Assembly: GCA_964348665.1 (NCBI GenBank) | Contig: CAYGDP010000002.1 | Span: 110,033-174,032, forward strand | Direction: 5' to 3' | DNA length: 64,000 nucleotides | Source: an uncultured Verrucomicrobiota bacterium | GTDB taxonomy: Bacteria > Verrucomicrobiota > Verrucomicrobiia > Palsa-1439 > CAYGDP01 | Part shown: piece after piece, positions 45,304 to 54,700 of the stretch | How positions within the stretch are numbered: the stretch's first letter is position 1 | How the letters are laid out: each line of letters starts with the position of its first letter | Position numbers and translations under genes: made by a program | Notes under the pieces: model-generated | Seen by the model: only the letters and a program-made list of their open reading frames with translations | Database searches by the model: none | Told to the model about the DNA's origin: nothing

Positions 45304-46632
45304 TTGATGCCAATCGTTTTACTTCACGGATGGAATGGGACCTCGGATAGCCTTCAAGCACTTGCCAAGTGGCTTTCGAGGCAGGGATTTACCACGGTGG
45401 ACATTTTTCTTGGCGATTATCTCTCCATGAACGACGAGATCACGCTCTACGATCTCGGCTTTGCGTTCCAACGGGCGTTGCGAGATAAGAAAATACCGCA
45501 AACCCGTCACAGCTTCGATTTGATCGTCCACAGCACAGGCGGGTTGGTTGCTCGCGAATACCTTCGGCAGATTTGTCAGGGCGATGCCACCAAAACTCCG
45601 ATTAAGCATCTTTGCATGCTCGCACCGGCGAACTTCGGATCTCCCTTGGCAAAGAAGGGAAAATCGCTTTTGGGGAGAGTTCTCTTAGGCTGGGACTGGG
45701 ACCACCTTTTCCAGACCGGTGAGAAAATCCTTGATGCCCTGGAACTCGCATCTCCTTATACTTGGCAGCTGGCTGATGACGATCTCTTTACTCCTCGTTT
45801 TAAGATATTTTCACCCGAGCACACATTGACAACGGTGTTAGTGGGCACACGCGCGTTTGAATCTGGCATTGGCAGAACCCAGCATGAGAATGGCTCGGAT
45901 AACACCGTGCGCGTTTCCACGGCCAATTTGAACGCTCACAAGATTCAGTTGGATTTTTCAGAACCAACCTCGCCGAAAATGTCCAATATCCCCCGGAATG
46001 TCGGCAAGATCGCCTTCGGCGTTTTCGACCGAAGTCACAGTTCAATTTTGGACCCGAATGCAAAACTACAACGAGAGGACTGGACGAAAGCTCTGCTGGG
46101 ATCCCTTCGCGTGTCCGCCGAGAGTTACGAAACGCATGTTCAGCTTTGTGAGAAAATCACCGGCGAAACTTTCTCAGGGAAGAAAAAGGACAACCCCGAG
46201 TGGTATCATGAATACATGCACGTCGTCTTCCGATTGCGCGACCAGCACGGTCATCCGATTGACGATTATTTTATTGAGTTTTATCAGGAAAAAAATGACC
46301 CCAAGGACGCCGTGTTTGCGAAGATTCACTCGGAAATCTTGGAAAAAGTGGCTGCGAACTCGACCGACAAGAGCTGTCGAAGCTTCCTTTTCGACATCAC
46401 CGACTTAACGACATATCTCTCGAAGAGCCACGCCAAGGTGAAGATGAGCCTATGCGCTGCCCATCTTTCGGAGAGGATCCGGTTCAGAAACCCTCCGAAC
46501 GAACCTACTGCCGGAATTGATGTTTTCAGTAATACAGACCGCAGCCTTGTCTTCCCCAACGAACCTGTGCTCGTTGAAATTACTCTCTATCGAGACCCCA
46601 GTGAAAAGGTCTTCCGGCTAAAGAAGCTGTGA
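45304..46632 (+). CDS. alpha/beta-hydrolase-fold lipase/esterase-like protein with C-terminal extension
   Basis: RBS 'aaaggagg'. 'PIVLLHGWNGTSDS' and nucleophile-elbow 'VHSTGG'. C-terminal 250 aa of unknown fold. Divergent from the lipoprotein gene. Confidence 0.65.
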   Translation: MMPIVLLHGWNGTSDSLQALAKWLSRQGFTTVDIFLGDYLSMNDEITLYDLGFAFQRALRDKKIPQTRHSFDLIVHSTGGLVAREYLRQICQGDATKTPIKHLCMLAPANFGSPLAKKGKSLLGRVLLGWDWDHLFQTGEKILDALELASPYTWQLADDDLFTPRFKIFSPEHTLTTVLVGTRAFESGIGRTQHENGSDNTVRVSTANLNAHKIQLDFSEPTSPKMSNIPRNVGKIAFGVFDRSHSSILDPNAKLQREDWTKALLGSLRVSAESYETHVQLCEKITGETFSGKKKDNPEWYHEYMHVVFRLRDQHGHPIDDYFIEFYQEKNDPKDAVFAKIHSEILEKVAANSTDKSCRSFLFDITDLTTYLSKSHAKVKMSLCAAHLSERIRFRNPPNEPTAGIDVFSNTDRSLVFPNEPVLVEITLYRDPSEKVFRLKKL

Positions 46633-46699
46633 CGACTGATAACGCCCCAAGGCGGCTTTGGTCGCCAAGGACAATACTTTTCAAGGAATTTTCGATTCC

Positions 46700-47734
46700 T
46701 CAACCTCCTCGGGCGAGGCTCTTTAAAAAATCCTTCCGCACACTATCCAACCCTTGCAGAGTTTCGACGCGAACCAACCGGATGTTCAATCGCTGTGCCG
46801 TCGGTCCGAGCAGTACGCCCGTTTCCGGCTGCTTAAACTGGATCTCTTGCGGAACGATTTTGTGTTCCTCGATTAGGTCCAACAATTTGGGGACAAACTT
46901 CTGAGGTGTGGTTCCCGACGATTCGAACTCAATCGCAAGTATGAAATCCGATTCCTGATCCACTACCATGCATACATAAGGGAAGAATGGTCTTGCGTCC
47001 TTCCCCTCTTGAACCGGCGAGGGCGAATAGAAAAAATCCAATTCCCAAATTTGTTTCTGCGGGTAGTTGGCGCGATGGATTCGAGAAATGCGATCTTCGT
47101 CCGGTTGGATCGGCTGAGGTGAGGGAGGTTTCCAATCTGGGAGTTCCAACCATTGATCTGTCCAAACAAGCTGCCCTCCCTCTTTCTGAGGAACCCTCAC
47201 GAGACAACGACCTCGATCAGGCGTCAGAAGGAACGGCGTTTCTTTGGTTCGCCGGCCAATTTCAATGGCTTGCTCAAGAACAACCGCTAGAAATCGTGTT
47301 TCGGAAGCATCTAGGAACCAAGGGAAATATCCCGGCGAGAAACTTCGGAATTGTGGCCACGCATGCTTGCCCGGAAAATTCATCCCGAGCGTTTTGATCA
47401 GATTTCGATTGGTTGAATTCAGCGCACTCCTTTCCTCAAACTCCACCATGAGGCATTTCATTATCACCAATAAATCGGTGTCGTCGTAGCCGAGATCGCG
47501 GGCAAACACCCGACGATAAGAGTGTAGCCCTTCTGCTCCCCGATAGACACTTAAACCAAAAACTTCTCCCAATTGCCCGAGCACACCGCAGTAACCGACC
47601 TCCCCGCTGTCGGGGTCTTGTACTCCGAAGAGATCACCGTCGCTCATCCATTTCCAGCATTCGATCTGGCGGAAGCGGTCCGCCGTCTCGTATAATCTCC
47701 GCCACTCGTCTAAGGATGGTTGCTTGTCATTCAC
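46700..47734 (-). CDS. hypothetical protein (344 aa)
   Basis: Long clean ORF upstream of and co-oriented with the second integrase. No recognised motif. Confidence 0.5.
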   Translation of the reverse strand: MNDKQPSLDEWRRLYETADRFRQIECWKWMSDGDLFGVQDPDSGEVGYCGVLGQLGEVFGLSVYRGAEGLHSYRRVFARDLGYDDTDLLVIMKCLMVEFEERSALNSTNRNLIKTLGMNFPGKHAWPQFRSFSPGYFPWFLDASETRFLAVVLEQAIEIGRRTKETPFLLTPDRGRCLVRVPQKEGGQLVWTDQWLELPDWKPPSPQPIQPDEDRISRIHRANYPQKQIWELDFFYSPSPVQEGKDARPFFPYVCMVVDQESDFILAIEFESSGTTPQKFVPKLLDLIEEHKIVPQEIQFKQPETGVLLGPTAQRLNIRLVRVETLQGLDSVRKDFLKSLARGG

Positions 47735-47807
47735 AGATTCAGAAGGACTCTAGCCTATCGCGAAGACCGAAAAAAGCAACATCTCGCTGAATTACGGCCT
47801 CGCCGCT

Positions 47808-48950
47808 TTAGCGCGCAGTGGTTACCACTTTTCCACGAGTCTTTTGCTCAATCTGGTAAACTGTTTCTAGGTAGCTGCTCTGCATGGCGTTCATTCTATT
47901 TTCCAACCGCTGAATGGTTTCGTTCTTAATCTTCTCGGCTTGTTGGAGTTTAGTGAGCTCGTCTTTCAGGGTACCGATCTCGGTGTTGGTGAATTTGGTA
48001 TCGAGGTTCTTGTTTTCCATCCCCGCGCGTGAAATGTAGACGTCGGGCATGTTGCTGCTGAACCGCCATCCATAACGATAGCAAAGCTCTTGACGATTGA
48101 GTTGCGTTGCGTAGTGCGTCGCCGAGCTGTGGCGGAAGAGATGAGGATGGATTTCCTTTTTCAATATCTCATTGCCGAGCCTGCGTAGAAACATTCTCAT
48201 TCCTCCGTAGGTTGCCTTGAACACGGGATCGGTCGATTTGATTCCTTCGGCGATTCTCTCTTTGAGATATTCCCTGACGGCATCGAGGGAATGTCGCCAG
48301 TAGAGCGAAATCGTCCTGCCCTTGGTCTTGCTGTATTCCTCCTTGAGAGTGATTTTAACGAAATTATCTTTGCTCTCTGGCAAATGAACATCTTCGTAGC
48401 GGATATTGATAAATTCCTCTGCCCGCGCCCCTGAATCGAACAAAACAGCGATGATGAAGCGCTGTTCTGTCGTGCGACAGCCGCTGAATAACTTTTCCAC
48501 CTCTCGCTCAGAGAGATAATCTGGTGTCTTTTCCTTGTAGCGAGTGTCGAGCCAACCCACCAGTTTGATTGCTTTCACCTGCCCAAGTCGCCAGCGCATG
48601 AACACCTTGAACGCCTTTCGCAAATCGACTTTCGTAGAGTGAGAATAGGGAACTTTCTTGAGATGACTTCGGATTTTGTCCTGGCTCAGCGCTTTCTCGA
48701 ATTCTTCCACGTCCTTCAAGGTGATCTGCGCCGTCGGCTTGGCAAAGAATTGGAGCACGACCTTCAAGGAATCGAGATACCTCGCCCGTGAGGACTCCCC
48801 TACCTTTCGTCCCCGATTGATTCTTCCCAGTTCCAACTCCGAGATAAAACGCTGCACGTCTTTTTTGGTGGACTCAGGAACTTTCCACTTTACAACCCCC
48901 TTCAATTTTCCTGCTACCCCTTTGCCGTATGCTTGGATTTTGAGATTCAT
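47808..48950 (-). CDS. tyrosine-type site-specific recombinase/integrase (second copy)
   Basis: 'PHLFRHSSATHYATQ...LCYRYGW' catalytic region. N-terminal SAM-like and core-binding domains. Confidence 0.85.
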   Translation of the reverse strand: MNLKIQAYGKGVAGKLKGVVKWKVPESTKKDVQRFISELELGRINRGRKVGESSRARYLDSLKVVLQFFAKPTAQITLKDVEEFEKALSQDKIRSHLKKVPYSHSTKVDLRKAFKVFMRWRLGQVKAIKLVGWLDTRYKEKTPDYLSEREVEKLFSGCRTTEQRFIIAVLFDSGARAEEFINIRYEDVHLPESKDNFVKITLKEEYSKTKGRTISLYWRHSLDAVREYLKERIAEGIKSTDPVFKATYGGMRMFLRRLGNEILKKEIHPHLFRHSSATHYATQLNRQELCYRYGWRFSSNMPDVYISRAGMENKNLDTKFTNTEIGTLKDELTKLQQAEKIKNETIQRLENRMNAMQSSYLETVYQIEQKTRGKVVTTAR

Positions 48951-49214
48951 GTTTCCGGGCCACGACGGGCGGGTATTTAAGCTTTACGGGATTTGCACGC
49001 TTTTGTTCAATGGCCCCGAAGTACTTTGCACGAAAGCGTTCAAATCCCTGACCGATTCTCGGTCGTCCTCTTTATCCCGCACTGGTGTCGTAGAACCTCG
49101 CACCATTCCAAGTCAGTACTTCCAAGTATAAAAATCTTTCTGCTAAACACGGTCATGTCAATCTGCCAAGCATGGGACAACAATCTTTATAAACTCCGAC
49201 CTCACAGATATGAA

Positions 49215-49547
49215 ATGGCACAGGAACAAATAGATGAATTACAAAGGGCCGAGGAATGCTATCAACAATATCAAGCGCATACTGAAAAAGGCGACATGCG
49301 CTCTGCTCTTGCCGTCTATCACGCTGACCCCGGGCCGCTCTTGTCGGCGATGCCGCAAAACCAAATTGCCTTTCTTTACTTTCTTGTCCTGACTCTGGCA
49401 GGTGTTGACGAGGCGAACCTATTTAGGAAAAGAATCAGCTACGCAATCTCCACAGTGCACGAACAATTGCAATGGGCAGAGGACCAAGCGGCAAAACTAA
49501 ATCCTAAATTGAGTCTTGCCGGATTGGATGACAGCTCAAAGCGATAA
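49215..49547 (+). CDS. hypothetical protein
   Basis: ORF ending in '...LSLAGLDDSSKR'. Its last 30 nt are repeated at 50551-50580. Confidence 0.3.
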   Translation: MAQEQIDELQRAEECYQQYQAHTEKGDMRSALAVYHADPGPLLSAMPQNQIAFLYFLVLTLAGVDEANLFRKRISYAISTVHEQLQWAEDQAAKLNPKLSLAGLDDSSKR

Positions 49548-49551
49548 ATCC
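49521..49551. repeat. 30-nt imperfect direct repeat (copy 1), partner at 50551-50580
   Basis: 'ggattggatgacagctcaaagcgataaatcc' versus 'cattggatgacagcccaaggcgataaatcc' (27/30 identical). They bracket the pRiA4b ORF-3 gene. Confidence 0.7.
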
Positions 49552-49600
49552 ACTCCGTTTTCCCTAAATATGGAAAACAGCTTCCGGCTGGGTTCATGAT

Positions 49601-49768
49601 CTACCCGACCGGAAAATCCTGCTCGAATTTTTTCTGGATGGATTTGAGGATTTTCAAAGCGGCTTCGAGGACTTCCGGGGAATACTGATCGAGATTCAAC
49701 GGGTCGGTAATTTCTGGCTGCACCTTCGGATCGGGCGACATCTTTTCCGGAATCTCTGCCTGCTTCAT
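49601..49768 (-). CDS. small hypothetical protein (55 aa), below the 60-aa ORF-track cutoff
   Basis: Hand translation 'MKQAEIPEKMSPDPKVQPEITDPLNLDQYSPEVLEAALKILKSIQKKFEQDFPVG' (ATG at 49768, TAG at 49601). Helical, protein-like composition. Confidence 0.25.
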   Translation of the reverse strand: MKQAEIPEKMSPDPKVQPEITDPLNLDQYSPEVLEAALKILKSIQKKFEQDFPVG

Positions 49769-49939
49769 AACGGACAAAAAACAAACCAGGTTTAAAAAGT
49801 TTCAACACAAACGATTCGGAAACTGGCGCTTAGGGCCAGATGTTTACCGCGACGCATTTGACTTCGTGCAGACAATTTCATATTCTTCGCACCGTGACCC
49901 TTTGCAAATACGCAGACCAACTCGAACCGGGGACAAGCG

Positions 49940-50506
49940 ATGATCTTACCTCTCAAATCTGACGCAACGGTCTATCAAATCAAGGTCACATTGAAAGACA
50001 CCCGCCCACCGATCTGGCGGCGTTTTCAGGTAACTGGCGAAACCCGCCTATCCAAACTGCACGATACTGTCCAGGTGGTAATGGGCTGGACGAATTCGCA
50101 TTTGCACGAATTTGTCATCGGCGACCGACATTACGGCGAGCCTGACGAGGACAGCCCGGACGAGCTCATCGACGAGAGGAACGTGCTCGTAAGTCAGGTT
50201 GTTGACCAAGAAGGGCAGACGTTTGGTTACGATTATGATTTTGGAGACGATTGGAATCATGAACTTTTGGTGGAGAAGATTCTTCCGAATGAAGCCGGGG
50301 TGCGCTACCCCCGGTGCTTGGAAGGCGCACGCGCGTGCCCTCCCGAAGACAGCGGAGGTCCATGGGGATATGAGGAAAAACTGCAAATTCTCAAGAATCC
50401 AGCCCATCCTAACCATCGCGAGATTGCAACGTGGATGAGGAAGAAATTTGACGCGGAGGCCTTCGATCTTAGCGCGACTAACAAGGCTCTAAAGTCAATT
50501 CGATAG
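49940..50506 (+). CDS. plasmid pRiA4b ORF-3 family protein
   Basis: 'YQIKVTLKDTRPPIWRRFQV...LHDTVQVVMGWTNSHLHEF' is the characteristic N-terminal signature of this family. Confidence 0.75.
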   Translation: MILPLKSDATVYQIKVTLKDTRPPIWRRFQVTGETRLSKLHDTVQVVMGWTNSHLHEFVIGDRHYGEPDEDSPDELIDERNVLVSQVVDQEGQTFGYDYDFGDDWNHELLVEKILPNEAGVRYPRCLEGARACPPEDSGGPWGYEEKLQILKNPAHPNHREIATWMRKKFDAEAFDLSATNKALKSIR

Positions 50507-50620
50507 CAAGGCTCTGGTTCGAAAAAAACTCATACCGCTCTGCCTTCCCGCATTGGATGACAGCCCAAGGCGATAAATCCCTCTTATGTTTGTTGAGATT
50601 ACTGGAAAGGGCATGGTAAT

Positions 50621-50890
50621 ATGGCACCCGTTATGAGCGCAAAATTCAAAGCGATCGAAGCTAAGGCCGACTACGATTCGGCTTGGGTGGATGCTGAACA
50701 ACTCGGTGAAGACGATTTTAAGATCGGCCCCAGTTCCAAGCTGGGAGGTGTTTCAGTTTTGCGATGGTGCAAATGCTCCGCACTGGGAAAGGGTTCGAGC
50801 CCGAATCTCAAAGCGTTTCGGTTCATTCTGAAAAACGCCCGAGATGTTGCAAAATTTCAACCCGACCAAGTGATGGATCTTGAATCGTAA
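50621..50890 (+). CDS. hypothetical small protein
   Basis: 89-aa ORF, no motif. Confidence 0.3.
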   Translation: MAPVMSAKFKAIEAKADYDSAWVDAEQLGEDDFKIGPSSKLGGVSVLRWCKCSALGKGSSPNLKAFRFILKNARDVAKFQPDQVMDLES

Positions 50891-51041
50891 AAGCAGATGG
50901 GTAGTTTTTTTAGCTCAAAAGGTTCGGAAAATTCTAGAAAAATGGGGTTCCCCTTTCTAGCCTGATGTTTGACCGATGCATATCGGTTTATTTTTTTGAG
51001 AATTTCGTGCGATGAACCCCACACATACTACGTATGTGTAT

Positions 51042-51383
51042 TCAGTCATACTTTTTGCGCAAGAAAATCCGATACGGGCGGTGTGTCTTGTTTCTGGCCG
51101 ACTGTGCGCGGTCGTAATAAACCAGCAGCTCGGAGTCTTTCGAGTCGAGCGGGACGGTATTGGCCAAAAAACGCAGGGCTAGGCCAACAGTGGAGGCACT
51201 GCGATTGCAGAGTTTCATGAGCCGTGAAAGGCTCAAAGGATACTGATAGCAAGACCGAGTACGATAGAGGATTTGGTAGTAAAAGACAATTTTTTGGTAA
51301 ACAAGCGCCAGAAGTTTCGCTTGCCGCTGATCGAGTTCCTCCACGATCCCCGACCTAATCCAAAGTCGCTTCTCCATTTCCAC
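51042..51383 (-). CDS. small helix-turn-helix-like protein
   Basis: 113 aa. 'LSRLMKLCNRSASTVGLALRFLAN' is HTH-like. Overlaps the end of the ATPase gene (same operon). Confidence 0.4.
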   Translation of the reverse strand: MEMEKRLWIRSGIVEELDQRQAKLLALVYQKIVFYYQILYRTRSCYQYPLSLSRLMKLCNRSASTVGLALRFLANTVPLDSKDSELLVYYDRAQSARNKTHRPYRIFLRKKYD

Positions 51384-52728
51384 CTCCCGCCAAAAAATCG
51401 TCTCCGACCGTTCCCTTCTTCACGGGCACGAGCGGAAACTTCACGTGAGAGGGCGAGATTCGGCCTTTGATTTTCACAATCCCTTCTCCCACGGCTAAAC
51501 GATCCAGAAATACCTCATCACCGAGCTCAAGAAAAAGAGCACGCTTGGCTGTCATGATGTCATCCTCGTGCTGCAATCCCAGATAAATCTGCGTGTTGGA
51601 ATTACCCAGCACATAGATCGGCAGCAGTGAAGGATGCTGAGTGATCGTGACCAATCCCTCGCCGAATCCACGGATTTCTCGGAAGACGTTTTCGAGGCTG
51701 TTGGACGCCTGTTTTTCAATATATGTCTTAGGAAAAAGATTGTGAACTTCCTCCAAGAAAGTGACGTGCCGCAAGCTTTCGGTCTCGCCCTGTCCCAAGC
51801 GATAGAGATGAATCCAGCGCAGGATGATGTCGCTAAAGAACACACGTAGCGGCTTGGGTAATTCTTGGTCGAGCTCGATGATGATGGGTTTTTCCAGAAG
51901 CTCTTCGAGCTTCAAGGGGTGTCTGGCATTAAACGCCCCACCCGAAGGGCCAAAGATAAAAGTTTTTAGGATTCTTGAACAACTATCCTGCCAGAGCATT
52001 CGACGCCCTCGGAAATGCAGGCGTTGTAGTTCCTCATTGGCGTCGAAGAAATTTGGATAACGCTCGAAAGTATTATCGTAGATTCCTGCTTTCTCGAACT
52101 CTTTGTCGAAAATCTCCATGAAAATATCCGCCACTCCCGGACCGGAAATGTGGGATTTCTCAAGCGCCTCAGCTACGACAGCAATCCAAGTTTTCGGATG
52201 AACACCGGGCGGAGCGCGCAGAGGATTCCAATTGAAAGAGGAAGCCGTTTTTCTACCAACAGAAAATATTTTCATCTCTTTCAGCTTCGGGTGCTCTAAA
52301 GTGAAAAGATCGCGATAGCTACGTTTCCAATCTACGACGAGAAAGGGGATGTCCCTTCCCAAGAGACCGAGCAAGAGAAGCTGTGCCACATTGGTTTTAC
52401 CGGCGCCTGTGATGGAAAAAATCCCAATATGCTTTAAGAAATTCTCTCGCGTCAGGTAGAGTGGATAGCAGGGCTTCTGATCATAAACGACCGTTCCAAG
52501 AAAAATCTCTCCCTTGGCAGCCTCGGCGGGCGGCGGGGGAAGCAGGATGGGCATTTTATCTACGGCTCCTCCCAAATGCTGCGCCGCGAAAATCTGTATC
52601 AACGACTCTGCTTCCCGCTTGGAATCGAGGGTCTCAGCCGTCGCGTAGCCCAGCCAGAGCATATCGGCTCGCTTGCCCACGATGGGTTTCAATTTCTTGC
52701 AAATGTCTTTAAGTTCACGATCCAGCAT
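51355..52728 (-). CDS. HerA/FtsK-superfamily (DUF87-like) P-loop ATPase
   Basis: Walker A 'FSITGAGKTNVAQLLL', Walker B 'IIIELDQE'. 457 aa. Confidence 0.7.
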   Translation of the reverse strand: MLDRELKDICKKLKPIVGKRADMLWLGYATAETLDSKREAESLIQIFAAQHLGGAVDKMPILLPPPPAEAAKGEIFLGTVVYDQKPCYPLYLTRENFLKHIGIFSITGAGKTNVAQLLLLGLLGRDIPFLVVDWKRSYRDLFTLEHPKLKEMKIFSVGRKTASSFNWNPLRAPPGVHPKTWIAVVAEALEKSHISGPGVADIFMEIFDKEFEKAGIYDNTFERYPNFFDANEELQRLHFRGRRMLWQDSCSRILKTFIFGPSGGAFNARHPLKLEELLEKPIIIELDQELPKPLRVFFSDIILRWIHLYRLGQGETESLRHVTFLEEVHNLFPKTYIEKQASNSLENVFREIRGFGEGLVTITQHPSLLPIYVLGNSNTQIYLGLQHEDDIMTAKRALFLELGDEVFLDRLAVGEGIVKIKGRISPSHVKFPLVPVKKGTVGDDFLAGGGNGEATLD

Positions 52729-53182
52729 GTTCGAGGAAAATCGCGCGGCCTTTGGACTGCTGATGGGTTTCCCAGATTTCCAGGAAATCCTTCATGACCA
52801 TCGCCACATCGCGCCAGCACTCGACCTCCTGTTGTCGACGCTCGGTCTGTAGATCGAAAAGCTGCTGATAAAATATGGATTTCTCGCTGTGTTCGCGAAG
52901 ATGGTAATTGGCAGCGTTATCGAGGCGATTTAGCATTTCTTGGACGGCTTCCTGCTGGGAATCCACACCTCGCAGATTGCGTCCCATCACATTCAATCGA
53001 ACCAGAATCTCTGCCGTGAGGACTTCCAGCTTGGTGTGGAGAAGCTTGGATTTCTGGTGGACGAGATTTTCTAAGTCAGATTCATCTAGGGAATCATTTT
53101 CGGGTTGCTGGGTTACATTGCTATACTGCGGTATACCGATTTCCGAAAGCCTTAAATAGGGTGATTTTTCCATGTTTTGCAC
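52715..53182 (-). CDS. coiled-coil hypothetical protein, first gene of the ATPase operon
   Basis: 155 aa, heptad-rich. Its stop overlaps the ATPase start. Confidence 0.45.
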   Translation of the reverse strand: MQNMEKSPYLRLSEIGIPQYSNVTQQPENDSLDESDLENLVHQKSKLLHTKLEVLTAEILVRLNVMGRNLRGVDSQQEAVQEMLNRLDNAANYHLREHSEKSIFYQQLFDLQTERRQQEVECWRDVAMVMKDFLEIWETHQQSKGRAIFLEHAGS

Positions 53183-53201
53183 TCCTAGGAGTACAAAAAC
53201 G

Positions 53202-53954
53202 ATGAATATAACTTCGTTCCCATCAAACAGTTCGGAAATTCAGCATCGGCGATTTTCCCAACCGATTGTATGCCAACTATTTTTATTGAAAATTGTGCGC
53301 CTCGCGATGGGCAAGCTCAACCAGCATCACCAATGGCTTATGCGAGGCAGTCAACGATGGGCAATCGCCGAAGTCTTGGTAAGACCCATGACTGGACTGG
53401 AAATCATGCGGGACTCTAGAAAACGCAATAGTCACATTCAAATGCCCGATGTTTTGTTTATCCTACACCAGCTCGAACAGAAGGGGCTGGCGTACTGCCT
53501 GAATCCGCAGCAAACGACTGGCAAGCTGTATTTTTGGACAAAGTTGGGAAGAGCAGTGATCTCAAAGCAATCTGGCCATATCCTTCGGGCCATCGACCGA
53601 AAAATCAATTGGAACCTCTACTCTTACATTGTACGCGCCAAAGTTCGACGCCGGGTGCTGCTGGAACTGTCAAAACTACAGGAAAACGAGGTGAAGGAGT
53701 TGACCACAACGAGAATCCGCAAATCCTTGAATACGAACTTTCCTATTGGACTGAATCCCACGATCCGAGCCCTGAAAGAGCTTTCGGATCTCATGCTGGT
53801 TCGGTGCGTCGGATTTACCGAGAAACGGAACCTGAAGATTTACCAATTGACGGAAATCGGCGAAAGAATCGCAGACAATTTACGTCAACCAGTCGTCGCT
53901 CTTGCTGTGGATAGGTCATCAGACCTGCGACAACCATTGGGAAAACCTTTTTAA
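53202..53954 (+). CDS. hypothetical protein with two winged-helix-like segments
   Basis: Divergent from the ATPase operon (the ORF track's start at 53172 overlaps it, ATG at 53202 does not). 'WAIAEVLVRPMTGLEIMR' and 'RVLLELSKLQENEVKELT' are wHTH-like. Confidence 0.4.
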   Translation: MNITSFPSNSSEIQHRRFSQPIVCQLFLLKIVRLAMGKLNQHHQWLMRGSQRWAIAEVLVRPMTGLEIMRDSRKRNSHIQMPDVLFILHQLEQKGLAYCLNPQQTTGKLYFWTKLGRAVISKQSGHILRAIDRKINWNLYSYIVRAKVRRRVLLELSKLQENEVKELTTTRIRKSLNTNFPIGLNPTIRALKELSDLMLVRCVGFTEKRNLKIYQLTEIGERIADNLRQPVVALAVDRSSDLRQPLGKPF

Positions 53955-53976
53955 ACAAAAACCACATCTTTAGTGG

Positions 53977-54660
53977 ATGGGTGGGAAATATTATGCGCCA
54001 TTGGCCTACGTCGAGAAATATTACCGCGAGGACGCCGAAGATGATGTCCGCTTTCCAAAGGAAGCGAAGTTTTGGCGGTCGTTTTTGAAGCAAGTGCAAG
54101 GCAAGTCCGTTTTGAGCGTGGGATGCGGACCGCAATTTTACGATGATTGCCAATTTTTCAAGAGCGTGCCGAAGGAATATGTCGGAATGGACGTGAACCG
54201 AGCAGTTTTTGATTTCTTGCGCAGCTCGACTCATACGAGACTGATAAATGGGAAGAAATACGCCGCGCGCCACGGCATTCGGACGAAACTGATCTGCGGA
54301 GACATCACTCGATATTGCATGAGGTTTATGGAGCGATTCGATACAATCCTTGCTGTGGGGGTGTTGGGAAACTTCGGTGAGGAAAAACTTGGCCAACTGG
54401 TAGAATATCTCCATGAGTATCTGAAAAAAGGCGGATTGCTGATTAACGTGGAATGGACGGACTGCCATCTGCCTACTAGGGAATTCCATAAAAAATTGCA
54501 GTACCGTTTTTACGCCGACCGAGTTCCTAGCATGGAGACGATCGCGAAGATTCTCAAGGAGAAAGGCTTCTCAATTGAACGGCAAGCGGTATTCGACGTG
54601 GAGAATCCAAAGGCATACGGCTGGGGAAAAATCTACGGCTACGTTGCCAGGAAGCGATAG
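53977..54660 (+). CDS. class I SAM-dependent methyltransferase
   Basis: Motif I 'SVLSVGCGPQ', acidic motif II 'YVGMDVN'. 227 aa. Confidence 0.65.
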   Translation: MGGKYYAPLAYVEKYYREDAEDDVRFPKEAKFWRSFLKQVQGKSVLSVGCGPQFYDDCQFFKSVPKEYVGMDVNRAVFDFLRSSTHTRLINGKKYAARHGIRTKLICGDITRYCMRFMERFDTILAVGVLGNFGEEKLGQLVEYLHEYLKKGGLLINVEWTDCHLPTREFHKKLQYRFYADRVPSMETIAKILKEKGFSIERQAVFDVENPKAYGWGKIYGYVARKR

Positions 54661-54700
54661 GGGTCTTGAATCGAACGCTTCTCGCTGATACAACGCCAGT

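Noticed and set aside
49037-49047. Treating 'gttcaaatccc' as a definite attR
   Set aside because: Only 11 nt match with no extension. Kept as a hypothesis in findings, not annotated as an att feature.
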